Below are positions 23,520-37,440 of a DNA stretch of 64,000 nt, one piece after another. The stretch spans positions 248,001-312,000 of the forward strand of contig JAKMXF010000307.1 in NCBI GenBank assembly GCA_024704765.1, given 5' to 3'. Source of the DNA: Oopsacas minuta (Eukaryota > Animalia > Porifera). The position numbers and the translations under genes were made by a program. Each line of letters opens with the position of its first letter. Position 1 is the stretch's first letter. The notes under the pieces were generated by a model. It searched no databases. It worked only from the letters and a program-made list of their open reading frames with translations, and was not told the origin of the DNA.

Positions 23520-25500
23520 AATACTCTCCTTCGTTGCAGTATTGAAGCATTTTGATCAGGATGTATGCCCAGATTGGCCACATCGTTCGCAAGTCAAATT
23601 TCTTCGATAGTTTACTAAAGCTAGGTCACTTTGAGAGGTTAATCTGCTGAAAATATCCATAATATTGGTCTCGAAACTAAGTTTAAGAGCCAAACTTTCT
23701 CGATATTTCCTAACTAATTTGTTGTACAATTCTGTGCCTTCTTTGGATGATGCTTTTAAGCAATAGCTAGAATTTTTTTCGCGGAAGAATTCCTCGGAAT
23801 TGGCCAAGAGCTTGTGTAGGGTGGAGTAATACTTGTCAATGGTAATGAATCCAAGTTGAAAAGGTAGATGTAATTGCACAATTTTTTCATAATCCCGAAA
23901 TATTAAACTTTTGACTTGAATTGTAAACACTACGAAATCCAGATTCATCCGAAAAGGCTCTTCTAACAACATTCCCTGTTGAGGTGATCCCACCACTAGA
24001 ATCAAGCTGGTCAACTTTTAATCCGGTCTTTTCCTGGGTCAGTACTTGAAGGAAATTCATTGACTGCTTGATGAATTGAGAAATTTGGACTACTGAACTT
24101 TTCGATCGCGAGATGATATATCAAAAGATTGAAAGACCTAAAAATGGTATGATTACATGAATACCAATTCTGAATGGTTAAGGAGTAATAGTATTACTTA
24201 CCAAACAATACATGTGCATGAATGAAGTGGAGATGCTGGATGCATACCAATCTCTGAAATTGTTTAATGAGTTAAGTTAAAGCGTTGATGAGTAGAAAGA
24301 GCAAAGAACTACTCAAGGTCATCAACGTGACAAATAACTCAATTGCATCAGTGATAGTTCTGTTGATGGAGAACCCATTAAAGACTAAATCACGGTCGTT
24401 CAATCTCTATGTGTGGCAGTGCACTTCTGACAACTGGCTGCTCCAGTTCCTGAGAGAATGGCAGCCATCTTCCTATCCAATATTGAGCGGGCAACATCGA
24501 CATTAACAACACCATTTTCTGTAGTAATCACATTTTGCAACTTCGCTGTATCATATTTTCCATGAAGGAAGGAATAGCTTCGAATTATGTCGCAGCGCAG
24601 AGAAAAATGGGTCTTAGACAGAAGGGAAAATTGGGAGATAAATTTTGCCAAACAATTCTGTTTGTTACAGTGTGGATGAAGATCGGCTTGAAACAAAATT
24701 GATTGAAGTTTTTGGTGAAGGTGTTAGTTGTCTGTTGGTTATAGATAGAATGAGAAGCAGAACCATCAAAACCATCTGCGTTTTTAAAAACGCTATGGGG
24801 CGATCAACAATTGACAATACTCTTTAACGTTGTTTTGAACTTGAAGAAAGTTATTGTGTGATACCTAATGATCTATCTGGAATGGGATATATAGTTATAC
24901 TGGATCGTGAAATCATGACATCCCTCAGATTATCTAACTTGTAGTTAGTGGGAAAAAGTATATTGTCTTGCAGAAGTGTTTGACATATTTGAGTGTATTT
25001 TCGTCTACCCACTTCAAGTACATCCAAATGGAAGAAAGCTTTGTCAACTGGAACATGCTTGTCACTGAAGTTACAGATTCCAACCATTACGAATAACCTA
25101 AAGTCAGAGAAGTTACAGATTCCAACCGTTACCATAGCAACTTGACAATTATCTTCTGCATTGGCCTATAGTTGAAGTGAAAGTGTGGCTACTACTACGG
25201 ATGAAGGATCTTCCAAATTGGCTGTTTCAATCAGTTTCTCTACAATTGGAGTTAATCTGGCCCGCTGTTACTCCAGGGAAAGAATTAATAAGCTCTTTTT
25301 CTATCTAAACAATTCTGTAGAGGGCATTGATGATACTGCTGAAGAAGAGAGATGCAGTATTTTTCTTTTGTTCCCCAAGCATTTCGTAATTCTACCATCC
25401 AGATGTTATATTTCACAAGATTTCTTGAACTTTATTCTGATAAGCGCAAACAATGTTCAAGAATGATACATAGAGTCATGTTTTTCCTCAGCAATACTTA
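23520..25500 (-). pseudogene. RAG1-core-like/Transib transposase, degraded
   Basis: Motifs LDRKMAAILSGTGAASCQKC, STLHKLLANS, SKEGTELYNKLVRKYRE and DIFSRLTSQSD, with C-terminal CERCGQSGHTS*SKC. The 5' limit is approximate. Confidence 0.75.
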
Positions 25501-27776
25501 ACAAACTGTATATTTCACAACAGTATCAAGAATGTTGGAATCTTTTTGTTCAAAAATTCCAGCATATCGCGAAGAGTTCGTGGAATTTAGCGATTAGAAA
25601 TGGGGATAAATGCTGTAAATCACAAAAAATAGGACAAAGTACTTGCTTCAATGAGGATACAATTTTTTTGAGTGAAAAGATATTCTAAATTATTGATAAG
25701 TACTGGACTTTTGCATATCAAAAATATTACTCAGCTAAAAAGAACTGAGAATAGAATTCACATATAAAATCCATGTTGATCCAAGCGGGTGATATTCATT
25801 TACTATGTGGTATATGATATTTATGTACTTAAACACACTTGAATCAAATCTACCTTCAGCTATCCATATTTCCCAGCCACCATTCACTTTTGATATTTTT
25901 ATAATTCCTAGCCCTTAGGGAACCTACTTCAAAATGGAAAAATTGGGATAGTGCAATAATCATCAACAACTTTTGCAGTTGGAATTGTATAATTACATCT
26001 TGATTAGAAATACTTGTAACAGAATATACATTGGGATTGAAATTATTTGAAATATACTCTGCTGCAATTTCACGAATCCTCAGAAACTCCAAATCTCGAA
26101 TTTGCAACCTGAAATTGCTGAATCAAAGATGCAATGATATGCTTAAATGCTCTCGTTTCACTTAATCTTTCGAACACTCAATATTTAGATTTTGAGGAAC
26201 TGTCTACAAATATTAGCAATTTTGGAAACTTCAATTTTTAGCTCTAATCGATGCCCCTAACCAATGTGCACCCATGGATAAATTCAGACTCTCAATACAA
26301 AGTTATCATTGAGAAACTTCAAGTGTCACTACAATAACATATAGTCCTCACAAACAGTTTACGTCTCATTGTTTGAATGGACACTGAGACAGATGGCCTA
26401 AACTTTCAAAAGGCAGCTGACGTTTTGTGTTGTAGTTATCAAACTGACCCCTGTGACAGCAAAGAGTTTTTAAATGAGTTTATACACTTCCTTGAATTCA
26501 GAGAAGCCAGAATAATACTTTAGGAAAGTGAAATAGATCTCCTATGTGCGTAAAGATGGAGAAGGAGGGGGTACTCACTTTGAAAATGTTGAAACTCCAC
26601 TCACAACATGCTTGTGTATCATGACAAGGAACCTCAATGGAGATAGAGCTTTATACTAACTCAAATTAATTAAGTCAGATCTCCGATCAACAATGAGACA
26701 AGATCGTTTACATATTCTTGCGTTGTTTTAATAGAAAGTGAATCGGTTCGAGATGTGAACATAAACCACGGTATAGAACAGTTTGCTTCAGCTAAAACCA
26801 GAAAATGTGAAGGCAAACTTTAGCTAAACTAGATAAATTATTACTTTTCCCTTTATTTGCAATATGTATATGTTATTCATGCCAATAATAATTTTTAACA
26901 GCAATAAGTTAGGAAATGTGTTATGTACATTGTTTCTCTAGAATATCTACAAATAGGGCCTAGAACAGTGATGTCCAACTGGCGGACAGCGAGCTTCGGA
27001 TTGGATTAATCCAAACTCCTTCCAAAATTCTGACTATCTACCATATATATTCTATGTATTTACCCTTCGACATAATATCTACCAATCTTATTTTTTTACA
27101 ATTTCATTGAATTAGAGACTTAAGTTAAACATATTAATACATTAGGTATTATTCCAAGTAAGTAGTAATTGAATATTATGTACTTTTGAGCATTAGATTC
27201 ATAGTAGGAAATTTAGTAGCATACTGCAGTTTCAGAGAAGCAATCAATATTTTCTGATCCTTTTTGTATAAATATATGGACCATGACTGAAATCCTTTGG
27301 GCATCTATGGTCTAGAATAACATCAGAAAAATTGTAGGATAATGGAATATTAGATCAAATATTCACTTAGCCTTGGGCTCAGAAAGCCCTTAGTCCTGCA
27401 CCGGGTATGGGTATAACCTACTATACATTAGAATAACAGTAACTTGTGAACCTTGGAAAGGGATAGGTTAACTGATAGAACAACCCGTATGAGAATTCGA
27501 TTTTGAAGAAACGTAGATTTTGAGAAATTATCAGTATTAAAATAGTCTAATAAAGACTAGTCCTGGTCACTACTTTGGACCAGGGATAAGTGGATCTGAA
27601 TATATTCGAGAAACTCGATAGTGGTCGATAATGAGAAACTGGTACATTTTCGCCAGAATTAATGTACGATTGATATGTAACAATTCATAAAAGCAATTTT
27701 TATGCTTCAGATGGAGGTGAAGTCATTCGTTAACGTAACTGGCAAATATGCATTAAAACCTGGTCAATCTCTAAAA

Positions 27777-30079
27777 CAGTGGTTCTCAAACTGGGGTACG
27801 CCAGCACTTTTCCTAGGGGTACGTCGGTGTTTCACCTAATCATATCAATTCTGTAATAATCATATACAAATATTTCGAGTTACACACTATCATGTCAACA
27901 GACTCAGCACATAGATAGTAATTTCATGCCAAATAATTAATATGTATCAGTTACAATGGTTTCATCACTAATTATTATCACCCTTGAATATTTATTGTTT
28001 GAGGTTATGCTAATTAAGGATTCCATTGTTCGTACATATGTGTCAACTCATATTGATTATCATATTGTTCTTATAAAATGGAAATTAGAAGAGTATTTCT
28101 TTGAGACCTTGACTTTATCGCCAAATTCATATGGAATCTGCTAAGAAACGGAAGTATAATGAAGACTATATCAAATATGGATTTACATCCATACTTAAAG
28201 AGGGACGGGAACTACCACAATGTGTAATATGTTATAAGGTGCTATCTGAGGGCTCGATGAAGCCAAGTTTCCTAAAACGCCATTTAAGCGGGTGCCACCC
28301 AAATCTTGCAGATAAGGATATAGATTTCTTCAAGCACCAAGAGGTAGGAGTAAAGCGAATCCGTATAGATCACAGAGGACAATTAAGTCAACTGACTCAA
28401 GCAGGTCTTCGTGCCTCGTACATGGTGGCTTTGCGAATCGCTCAAGAAAAGAAACCACATACGATTGCAGAAAATCTTATACTACCCAGTTGTAAGGACA
28501 TCGTGCACTGCATTTTGGGAGATAGCGCCGAAAAGAAACTCGCCTCTCTGCCTCTCTCGAATGACACAATCAAGCGCCGAATTACAGATATGGCAGATGA
28601 CATTGAGCAGCAGGTAGTTGCTGAGATTTTGAGAGCCCCGGTGAACACATTTTTAATTCAACTTGATGAGTCAACGGATGTTTCTAGTTGTGCACAACTA
28701 CTGGTATGAGCGCGGTACATCAAAGACGGGGACTTCAAGGAAGAGTTCCTATTTTGCGATTGTTTGGAAATAACTACAAAAGGAGATGTCTTCCAGCAGG
28801 TACTTTGAAAGAATGGGACTATCCTAGAAGTATGTTTCTGCTTGCACAACAGATGGTGCTCCTGCTATGCATGGAATTCATTCGGGATTTCGAGCTCGGG
28901 AAAAGACAGTGAATCCCGTTTCGAAACACAATCACTGTATGATACACCGATACGCTCTTGCGTCTAAAACACTTCCATCCGATCTAAAACTTGTTCTTGA
29001 TGATGTTGTCACCATGGTCAATTTTATCAAGTCCAGTGCTCTTAATACACTTGTGTTCCGCCTAGTGTGCCAAGAATTAGATATTGACCATCAGAATTTG
29101 CTGTTCTATACTGAAGTTCGTTGACTCTCATGAGGGAACATGCTCTCTCGAGTATATTCACTGAAAACCAATTGCTTGAATTCTTTGAACGAGATGGGAA
29201 AGAGAAGTCAAAAGTATTCTTCGGCAAACTCACAGACAAAGAATGGCTGAAAAACCTCACCTACTTAAATGATATCTTCTCGCGAATCAACTTGCTCGAC
29301 AAGTCCCTCCAAGGACGGTTTACTACCGTGATTGATTGTGTGGACAAGATTCGGGCATTTATTATGAAGTTAGAACTCTGGGAAGCAAAGTTAACCGCGG
29401 GAAAGTTCGATTTTTTTGAAAGCCTCTCAGCAACTCTTGGAGAAGAGGGTACTACAGATCAAAGTATAGGTGCTCTAGTAAAGGCTCACCTCTCAGCAAT
29501 GCGAAATGAATTTAAACTTACTTCCCAGACTTAAGCGACCTGGACATGAAAATGATTCGAAATCCATTCAGATGCGATGTAAGTTCTATACCAGACAGAG
29601 TCCAAGAGGAATTTGTTGAATTAGTCAATGATTCTATTGCCCGAGATCAATTTGAAACACTCGCACTCACAAAGTTCTGGTGCGAAATGAGCTTGATATA
29701 TCCCAACGTAGCAGATAGAGCAGTAAAAACTTTGTTGATGTTTCCCAGTACTTACCTTTGTTAACAAGGATTTTCAGCGCTATTACTAATTAAAAACAAA
29801 TTTCGAGCGCGGTTGTCTGTGGAAGCTGATCTCCGTCTGGCCCTTTCAAAAACTGTGCCACGAATTGATAGCCTGATACACAACATGCAAGCACATCCTT
29901 CCCACTAATTAATTATCTACTTTATTTATATTGCTAGAATAAAAAACACTTTTATTTTTCACAACTGGGTAAAAGGGATTGTAAACCTAATATTTACAAT
30001 GCAGGCCATTTTAAGGGGTACATCACACACAAGATCCAGCTTGAGGGGTACGCAAAGAGAAAAAGTTTGAAAACCACTG
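27777..30079 (+). mobile_element. hAT Buster-type transposon, full length
   Basis: TIRs CAGTGGTT(C/T)TCAAACT. Perfect 8-bp TSD CTCTAAAA (27769-27776, 30080-30087) with TA at positions 4-5, the Buster target consensus. 2303 bp. Confidence 0.95.
28131..29908 (+). pseudogene. Buster-type hAT transposase with stops and frameshifts
   Basis: Motifs KRKYNEDYIKYGFT, PQCVICYKVL, QLDESTDVSSCAQLLV, HCMIHRYALAS and FPSTYLC, fragmented across several ORFs. Confidence 0.9.
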
Positions 30080-32285
30080 CTCTAAAACTATGTTAAATGT
30101 TAACAATGAATCAACGTTAAAATGTTGAAATTCCAAATAATCTAATACAGTCTGAGCGATAATTAAGAATTTGCGAATAATATCATAAAAAATTATACTA
30201 TTTGGTATTTCAACAATGTGAACATAGATGAATAATTAACGTTCAATATAGTTTCAAAGATTGAGCAGTTTTAAATACATATTTTCCAATTAGGCTACCA
30301 TATGACATCACTTCGATCTGAAACACAAATGTTGCTTCTTTTGAATGGTCACACATCAATAATATATTTATTCGATTGAAAATGTACCAGTTTCTTATTA
30401 TCTGCGATTTTAGATTTTCGCATCAAAATATATCCGCTTCCTTTTATCCCTGGTCCTGTGAAATTTGCCTCAATGATCAGGCCTTATCTTTAGTAGGCTA
30501 TAGTATTAAATATTTACTGAACAATAAGTCCTTAACAAATTTACGCTATAATATTTCAGGTATTGACAAAATAAATGTGTAGTAGGGAGATATTTGCTAA
30601 AACATACCTAGTAGACCGTGAAATATTGTATTTTACATTTTATGTGAAAGGTTGAAATGATCTAGAGAAACAATTATACAAAATTTCAAAAATTTAGAAA
30701 CAATTATGTTAGCTGACTTGTGAATCTTGTACCATCATGGTAACATAATCATTTCTTAATAAGTTGACAATTATTCAAAAGGATGACTTCGTGAAATTTG
30801 GCATATTGTTGGGTACTAGTGATTCAAATTTCAACCATCTATCAAGTAGATTGGTTGAGTTGTGGAAAATCTTTGGAATATCTAAAAATGTGACAATGAC
30901 CTCATAGTTACGTCGTAGGGGTGAATTTTCGTCCAAAACTCAAATTATCTGGGCCAAGATACACCTGTATGCAGAATATCAGCATTGAGGGTCTTCCAAT
31001 TTCTTCTATGTTCAGCTATCTTTAGAAAATATATATTCACAACTATGTAAAATAATTCAGTATTTACAGTGTTTCTCCAAACAATTCATTGAATAAGATG
31101 ATAAGTACGGGACTTCAATTCATGCAATTTAAATAATCAATTCATAAAACAACCTTGCATAAATATACATACAGTCTTCATTATACAAAATAATCACATG
31201 ACAATAAAAATCTTTTATTGTTCATCATTTGCTTTCATTATATCCTTATCATTATGACATATAGTAATAAACCGCAATAATTAAAAACAATCTAAAGAAT
31301 CACAAATGGTGAATTTTGCCAGACCCAAGAACATTACATGCAACGCATGTAATTCAATACGCATTGGTGCTAACACAAGAGCCAAACATTTGACATTATG
31401 ACAAGACTATATACGATCAGAAAATTCCACACTCGGAAACGTTCCGTAAGATATAGTAAGTGAGGGATATTTGATAGTAAATATATACAGACAGCCTTGT
31501 TGTATCAATATCGAATACATCGTAATAGTAATAGTCTTAGTGTCTACTAGCGTACTAGATTTCAAGACCGCTGCCCAACAGCTTACTGCTCCAGGCTAGC
31601 TTAAGAATTTGAGAGCTAAATTAAAACACAGTGTTGCTGGTCGCTATGAGCCATAATATAATCGATTCTAAGTGTCTTGAATTCACAGAATAGTTTAAAT
31701 CTGGGATTAAATTATTCATGGCCAATCAAAATGACATGAAATGGCCTTCTATGGTAATACTGCAGACCCTACGTGGCTTTGGGTTATTATCTGGGCACGT
31801 CGTGTAACAGATAAAAGGACAAAAAATGAACATAAAATTCTTTCGTATATATAAAATTCTGTGCCTTTGAAATAATAGGAATTATTGCAAAGTTAGACTT
31901 TTGGAAATCTCAACAAAATCAGAATCCTGTGATTTTGGCGAATAGAACGAATATCTTAGGTTCGCAACTATCGGAGTTGGTCAAAACCTTTGCTAATCCA
32001 AGATACCACTAGATATAGCAATTGATGGCATCCAAATATTAGTGTATTTCGAGTGCATATAATATTCTATACTTATATACATAGTCTGAAATATGATCAC
32101 GCGACACTACAAAAAATAAGCAATTAATGTGAAAGGCGATAAAATTAGCATTTGAAATTTATTAAGTGCCAAGTGGACACACACCAGCTGATATGGAAGA
32201 ATGTTTATACTAGCTAACGAAACACTTGGTGTTAACCATTTTCATCAACCTTCCACAAGTGTTAATCGTGGACTACAGAATATGA

Positions 32286-32750
32286 ATGAAATGTTATTGG
32301 CACAAAGTTCAAGTAAATACAAGGTTAAAGTCACACCATGAGGAATGTCTGTTAAGGAATGAATATAGTTCCTCAAAAGGGAGGCTTGCTATCGAAAATA
32401 ATAGTTGGAAATTTCAGTGGAATTATGGGTTAAAATGGATTATAAGCATGAGAAACCAACATACGTCAGATGATGATAAACCTGATAGATTAGGATTCAT
32501 CAAATTGGATTTGTTTGGTGACAATACTCCAGATTGTAGAATGGAATCATGGCGTGTTGTACAGGAAGCAGAGGGCAAATTACCTTCATCTGAAGGAATG
32601 GAAAATCGAAATTCATCTTCCAAGACAATTGTATTAGTCTCATCCAGGTATTCATCAATACTAAGGGTTCCAATTAATGAGCTAGAGAAAGGATTAACTA
32701 CCGAAGAGGAAAATTCTTTATGGTGGAGTGAAAGATTGTATAGAATCTAA
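32286..32750 (+). CDS. Orphan 154-aa ORF, possible host terminal exon
   Basis: Longest open frame outside recognisable transposons, preceded by a possible acceptor (ACTACAG at 32272-32278). No motif recognised. Confidence 0.25.
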   Translation: MKCYWHKVQVNTRLKSHHEECLLRNEYSSSKGRLAIENNSWKFQWNYGLKWIISMRNQHTSDDDKPDRLGFIKLDLFGDNTPDCRMESWRVVQEAEGKLPSSEGMENRNSSSKTIVLVSSRYSSILRVPINELEKGLTTEEENSLWWSERLYRI

Positions 32751-35700
32751 AGAGAAGAGCCAGAAATGATAAATCTTAATATACAAAATATAGAAGTAAG
32801 GCTTAATATTCATAACGCCTCAACATACTAAGAATATTGAACACGTATACATTCGGAGATTAGGGGAAAGATAAGAAGTGTTAAATATCTCAGAATGTGA
32901 GCACATATGCTACAATAAATGCATAGATAACCCTTGAATAATATATATGTTGTATAACAATAACAATCTTACGAATTTGACTACCAAAATATGTACAAAC
33001 AACGAAACAAATATCAAATTCGTTCAAAAAATACACAAAGAGAGAGAAATACATTTCTAATCACTAATCTTAATGTAAATTCAAACACGCGAATGTAAAA
33101 GCACCCAATGGGTATTCAGAAAATAAGGTATTGAGTCGTTATAATTTTACTGTGCGATACACCCATAGGCACTGATCTATGTAGGAATCAGCATCATGTT
33201 GGGGGGGCAATATTTATTGTGGCCAACTTTTTGCAAATAAGTAACATCATGTGGCCTAGGAATTTAAAGATAATGAAGTACATATAATATACTGAAAGAA
33301 AATTAAGCATGGAAAAGATATTGTATGCAACTTGGTTGCACCAAGTAAAAATTCATTCTTGGTACAGATCATAATATTATTAGTTTGTATAAATACGCAA
33401 ATGTGTGTTGGTGAAAAAATATTAGTTATGAAACTACAAATATATTTTAGAGATATACTGAATATATCGCAAACTTAACTAGGAAAGTGCCGCCCAAGGC
33501 GACAGCCCCTCTGGCCGACCCTTCCGTACGCTACTGCTTGAAAGTTGTTATTTGATAATAGAGTATTATGGTCCTGACACATCTGTTTGTTTGTCAATTA
33601 TCTAAACCTAGCGTTCTCTTTGAGCGTTATCTAAAAGATAAATGTTATTTGGAATATGCAAAGATTATTTACATAAATAATATTGGTCTAAATTGTGGCT
33701 CCATTAATTATGCAGGTATGCTATGGGAAGTGCTACCTCTTGGATATTAATTATATTTTAATTATCATGAACATGCGAGCTAAGTTTACTCTTGATTGCA
33801 AATATTTATGGTGCTAACCAACAATTATTTAAGAAGCTGGAATGGCTTCAAATAATCTCCTGATATGTTATCGTAGATGCTGTTGAAGTATCAGAATCCC
33901 AACAAATTTGTGCAGAATTAGGTTTATAAGAAATACTCAGTAATCTACTGACATTACTTCCCACTCGATGGTCCCTAAATTGCCACTACCTACTCTCCCT
34001 AGACCTAAGATCTCTTCATTGAAATTTTCTGAGCCAGCACAACATCCAGGGGGGTCAAATAAAAATGAGCGAGGATACGAGGTACCTAGATGGGGTCTTG
34101 GGAATTACACAATCGACTACAAAAATTATTAAGCGTTTGCAGTGTAAACGAAGTTTTTATTATGTTGACTTTCCCGGAAACGTGTGCACAGCAGGGTGGA
34201 CCATGGGAAGTGGCGGATCCAGGAATTGCTGTTCGGGGATAATAATTCAGCTGGGAATCTGGAGGGATGAAGCCTCACATTTTGGTCTAGGGGCGAAGTC
34301 CATCCAGACCCAGCCCTATATGCCATGAGGTTAGTTGTGTTTCTATTGTCAGGCAACTCTGAAACTCGATAAAACCTTTCTAATTGTGGATTATTCATTT
34401 GGATAGTAAGTCTTCAATTCACTATGAAGTCCATTACTTCATTGTGTAAAAGGCAATAGATTTCATGGTAAATCGATGTTGTATAAATTAGCACATAATA
34501 ATATTCAAATAATCTGCTTCACATAAGTTTGTTTAACCATGGACAAAAGTATCACAAGCTAATTATGTTTGTCTTGACTATAATACTTGTAGATAGCTAC
34601 AATTACAGCTCAAATATATTCCGCCTGTATGTAGATCAGTACAAGTATAGACCTGTATACGGGCTGATACTAGAATATGATACCAGTGTTAAGATTCCAG
34701 AAAAGCGAATTAAAGATTTAGTATTTGCAATTCGAGCCAATGTTTCAGTGAATGACATATTTTTTCAATACCATTATGATGCCATATTCTTTATAATTTT
34801 CCAATTGGGTGGATGTTTTCACCCTGAAATGGTGAAATAATGACAATATTCATACTGTACTAATGGTAGACTTTATGCAGGTGGTGGAGCTGAAATAATA
34901 TTTCAAATATACTGGGCTTATCTACATTATACGAATATATTTGAATAGTAGTATTAGCAAAGCAGCAGAAATATCAATAATAGCTTGGATATTGTTCCAG
35001 GAAAGTAGAATATTCCTACTTCTCGCATATCCCAACTTTGCATTGATCAATATTCATATTACATATAAATCTTAGGACAATTTAGGATGGGATGTAATAC
35101 TCAGGTAGGAATAATTTAATTTATAGGGGTTTTAGGGATATATACACAAGAACTATCGAATGTAAAATAATAGAGCTGGTCGAAACAGGGGTGAGATTCC
35201 CATGGCCCCTTGCATACGCATATGGAGCTTCCTTACCCAGATTCAGCCAATCATGATACAAAAAGTAGGTGCATTTAGTTGTATATTAATGGCCTCATAC
35301 TTTCCACAATCTGATATGTAGTAAATGATTAGGAACTGATATTTTTGTTTTGTTTTGATTTTTTCATTATGGTATATACTTATTGTATTCAAAAGTTCGG
35401 ACACTACATTATATATTTTGTATAACAAATGTTTAAGATTTATCTGTTATTCTAAAATCTGTACAAACTTGGTGGATTCCATTCATGGGCGGCGCGTAAT
35501 GGAGGCTTGATGAGGCTCAGCATCCTCAATTTTTAGCATATTTTCCACTAACTGATGGGATTTGAAGAATGGTGATCGATGTAGGGCGATAAAAGCAATA
35601 AACCAATATACTAGACTGGTTATCCCTAATGAAATTGTTATTCTCTCTAATTATACATTAAATTTATACTATTATCACATATTGAAGGATCTCTCCCATA

Positions 35701-37251
35701 TTATTCATGTACGTAATGTAGTTTTGAAAACTACATTAAACCACAATCATCCAATAAATGTAAATATAATATGTGAAAGCTACAGCCTAAATTCTGATGA
35801 TGTGATATATAATTACATGTCCTTAACTCCCATGGATCGGCAACTGGTCTTGGGTATTTGAGTTTATATATCTATTTGCGGTTGGGGCGCCTATAAAAAT
35901 GAATTTTGAAGGAGGATGAGATTTATCGAATTTTTATAATAAAGAAACTCTGGGATTCTATCGTTATGCTTTGTAAATTGAAATTATATATTCCAATATA
36001 ATCTAGTTATAATCTACAAAAACGGATTCATCTATCCTTTTTCATATAAAATTTCATTACAAAATTTGAAGTTGTAATAGAAAACACCAAGAAATTGTCA
36101 TTATAGCTCACAATCATTCTTTTATTATAGTAAATTTAGTCGCAAATATAATGCTATTAGTATACATAGTCAATTCAACACATCCACTAACTATTCCCTA
36201 GGTTATCAACCAAAGTAATCAAAAATTGATATAGTTGGTAGAATATTGATATAATTTACCAAACGATTTGGGGAGATCAAAATATTCAAGAAAGTGCCCA
36301 ACATCCTCCTGGCAACGGGCATTGGGTATATCCACTGTAATTATTACATAGCGACCCCATACGGAAATCTTACGCGCGGGCTATGCTTCCATTAATCCAA
36401 AGGAAAAATGTGATAACTTGCTATGCCCGGACATTATGGTAGCTTGTCTAACACGACAGCGTCCTGCAGCTTTTCCCCCAATGCGAGTCAAGTGCGTTTA
36501 TTCGCGAGTTTACCGCTGAATTACGTGCTTAGATTAATTTTCTGCGTTAAATGAAGACTTTATACATAAGCTTAATAAGTGTATAAGCGGTGAGGCCCCA
36601 CATAATTAAAAAAAATAAGCGCTTTCCAAACATTAAGTTGGAAACACTGGAGTAAAATAATGCAAATTTCTGTCAGCATGTCGCGCTATGTGCGATGATA
36701 TTTTTAGCCATTAATACCCATATTCTGGCTCCACCACAAGATCTGTCTATAAAAGCTATATTAAAGAATTGTAGAAAGTGAAAGCTGTTATTGTAAATAG
36801 CAAATTATACTTCAATGAAAAAAGTGGACGCAACTGTATTTGTGGATCAGATATCATTCTAGAAACAACATAGTGACACTATTACTCTAGAGAAAAATTA
36901 GCTGGAGGACCACACCATATAATACATAGGACTACACCAATAACCGTAGATGCCACTTCACATTTTGTCTTTATCTTACAAAATGCTGGATCTCTTGAAG
37001 TTGTATATAAAATCACTTAAAATTTCTAACACTTCATGCACATAACATGCAAAATTTCTCCGTATTTGAATATACCAAAATAACTATCTCGACAACAAAG
37101 AATTTCCCTTGCCATTGCTTACTATATTATACGGCAATCTAAGAGGCGGAGAAGGCTAATAAAATAGAAGGTCGATTGTTTACAAATAACATAGTTTCAC
37201 TGTATGTAGAAATAAGAAGATAATACATTTGGTGGTCTATGATTATTAATA

Positions 37252-37440
37252 CACTGCCTGACCAAAAGTATTGGAACACTCTACCACAAATAATACCTGA
37301 AACAAAGGGTATGCTACTATAGTTGTATCAGCTAAAGAAAATTTCAAATAATGTTGAACATAAATATATCGTAAACGAATGATAACAAGCTATTGTTCTA
37401 CATTCTGCAATATCCATAGAATCTTTCAACATATTCTCAT
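37252..37440. mobile_element. Left 189 bp of a Tc1-type MITE broken by an inversion
   Basis: TA followed by CACTGCCTGACCAAAAGTATTGGAACAC. The interior (TTCTGCAATA..AACATATTCTC) matches the intact copy at 47040-47289 and stops abruptly at 37440. Confidence 0.8.

Larger units (their letters stand above)
20794..26268 (-). mobile_element. RAG1/Transib-like transposon relic, copy 1 (contains Chapaev3 copy B)
   Basis: Right end reads CACATTGGTT inward from 26268 and is followed by CACCC. The left junction CACC/ACATAGTGGTT near 20791-20804 is a degraded match. Removing the element rejoins hAT codons DNMTPMDKFR. The left boundary is approximate. Confidence 0.55.
19990..27402 (+). mobile_element. hAT Tip100/ZMYM1-type relic split by nested insertions
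   Basis: TGEGLAEIIL...CCRGQSYDISCSMSGKYSSMQS...KCAAQLFNLIGVSAV at 19990-20200. It resumes after 26268 with PMDKFR..YKVIIEKL and the dimerisation domain LKLIKSDLRSTMRQDRLHILAL...FASAKTRK. Probable right end near 27400; 5' end not located. Confidence 0.75.
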
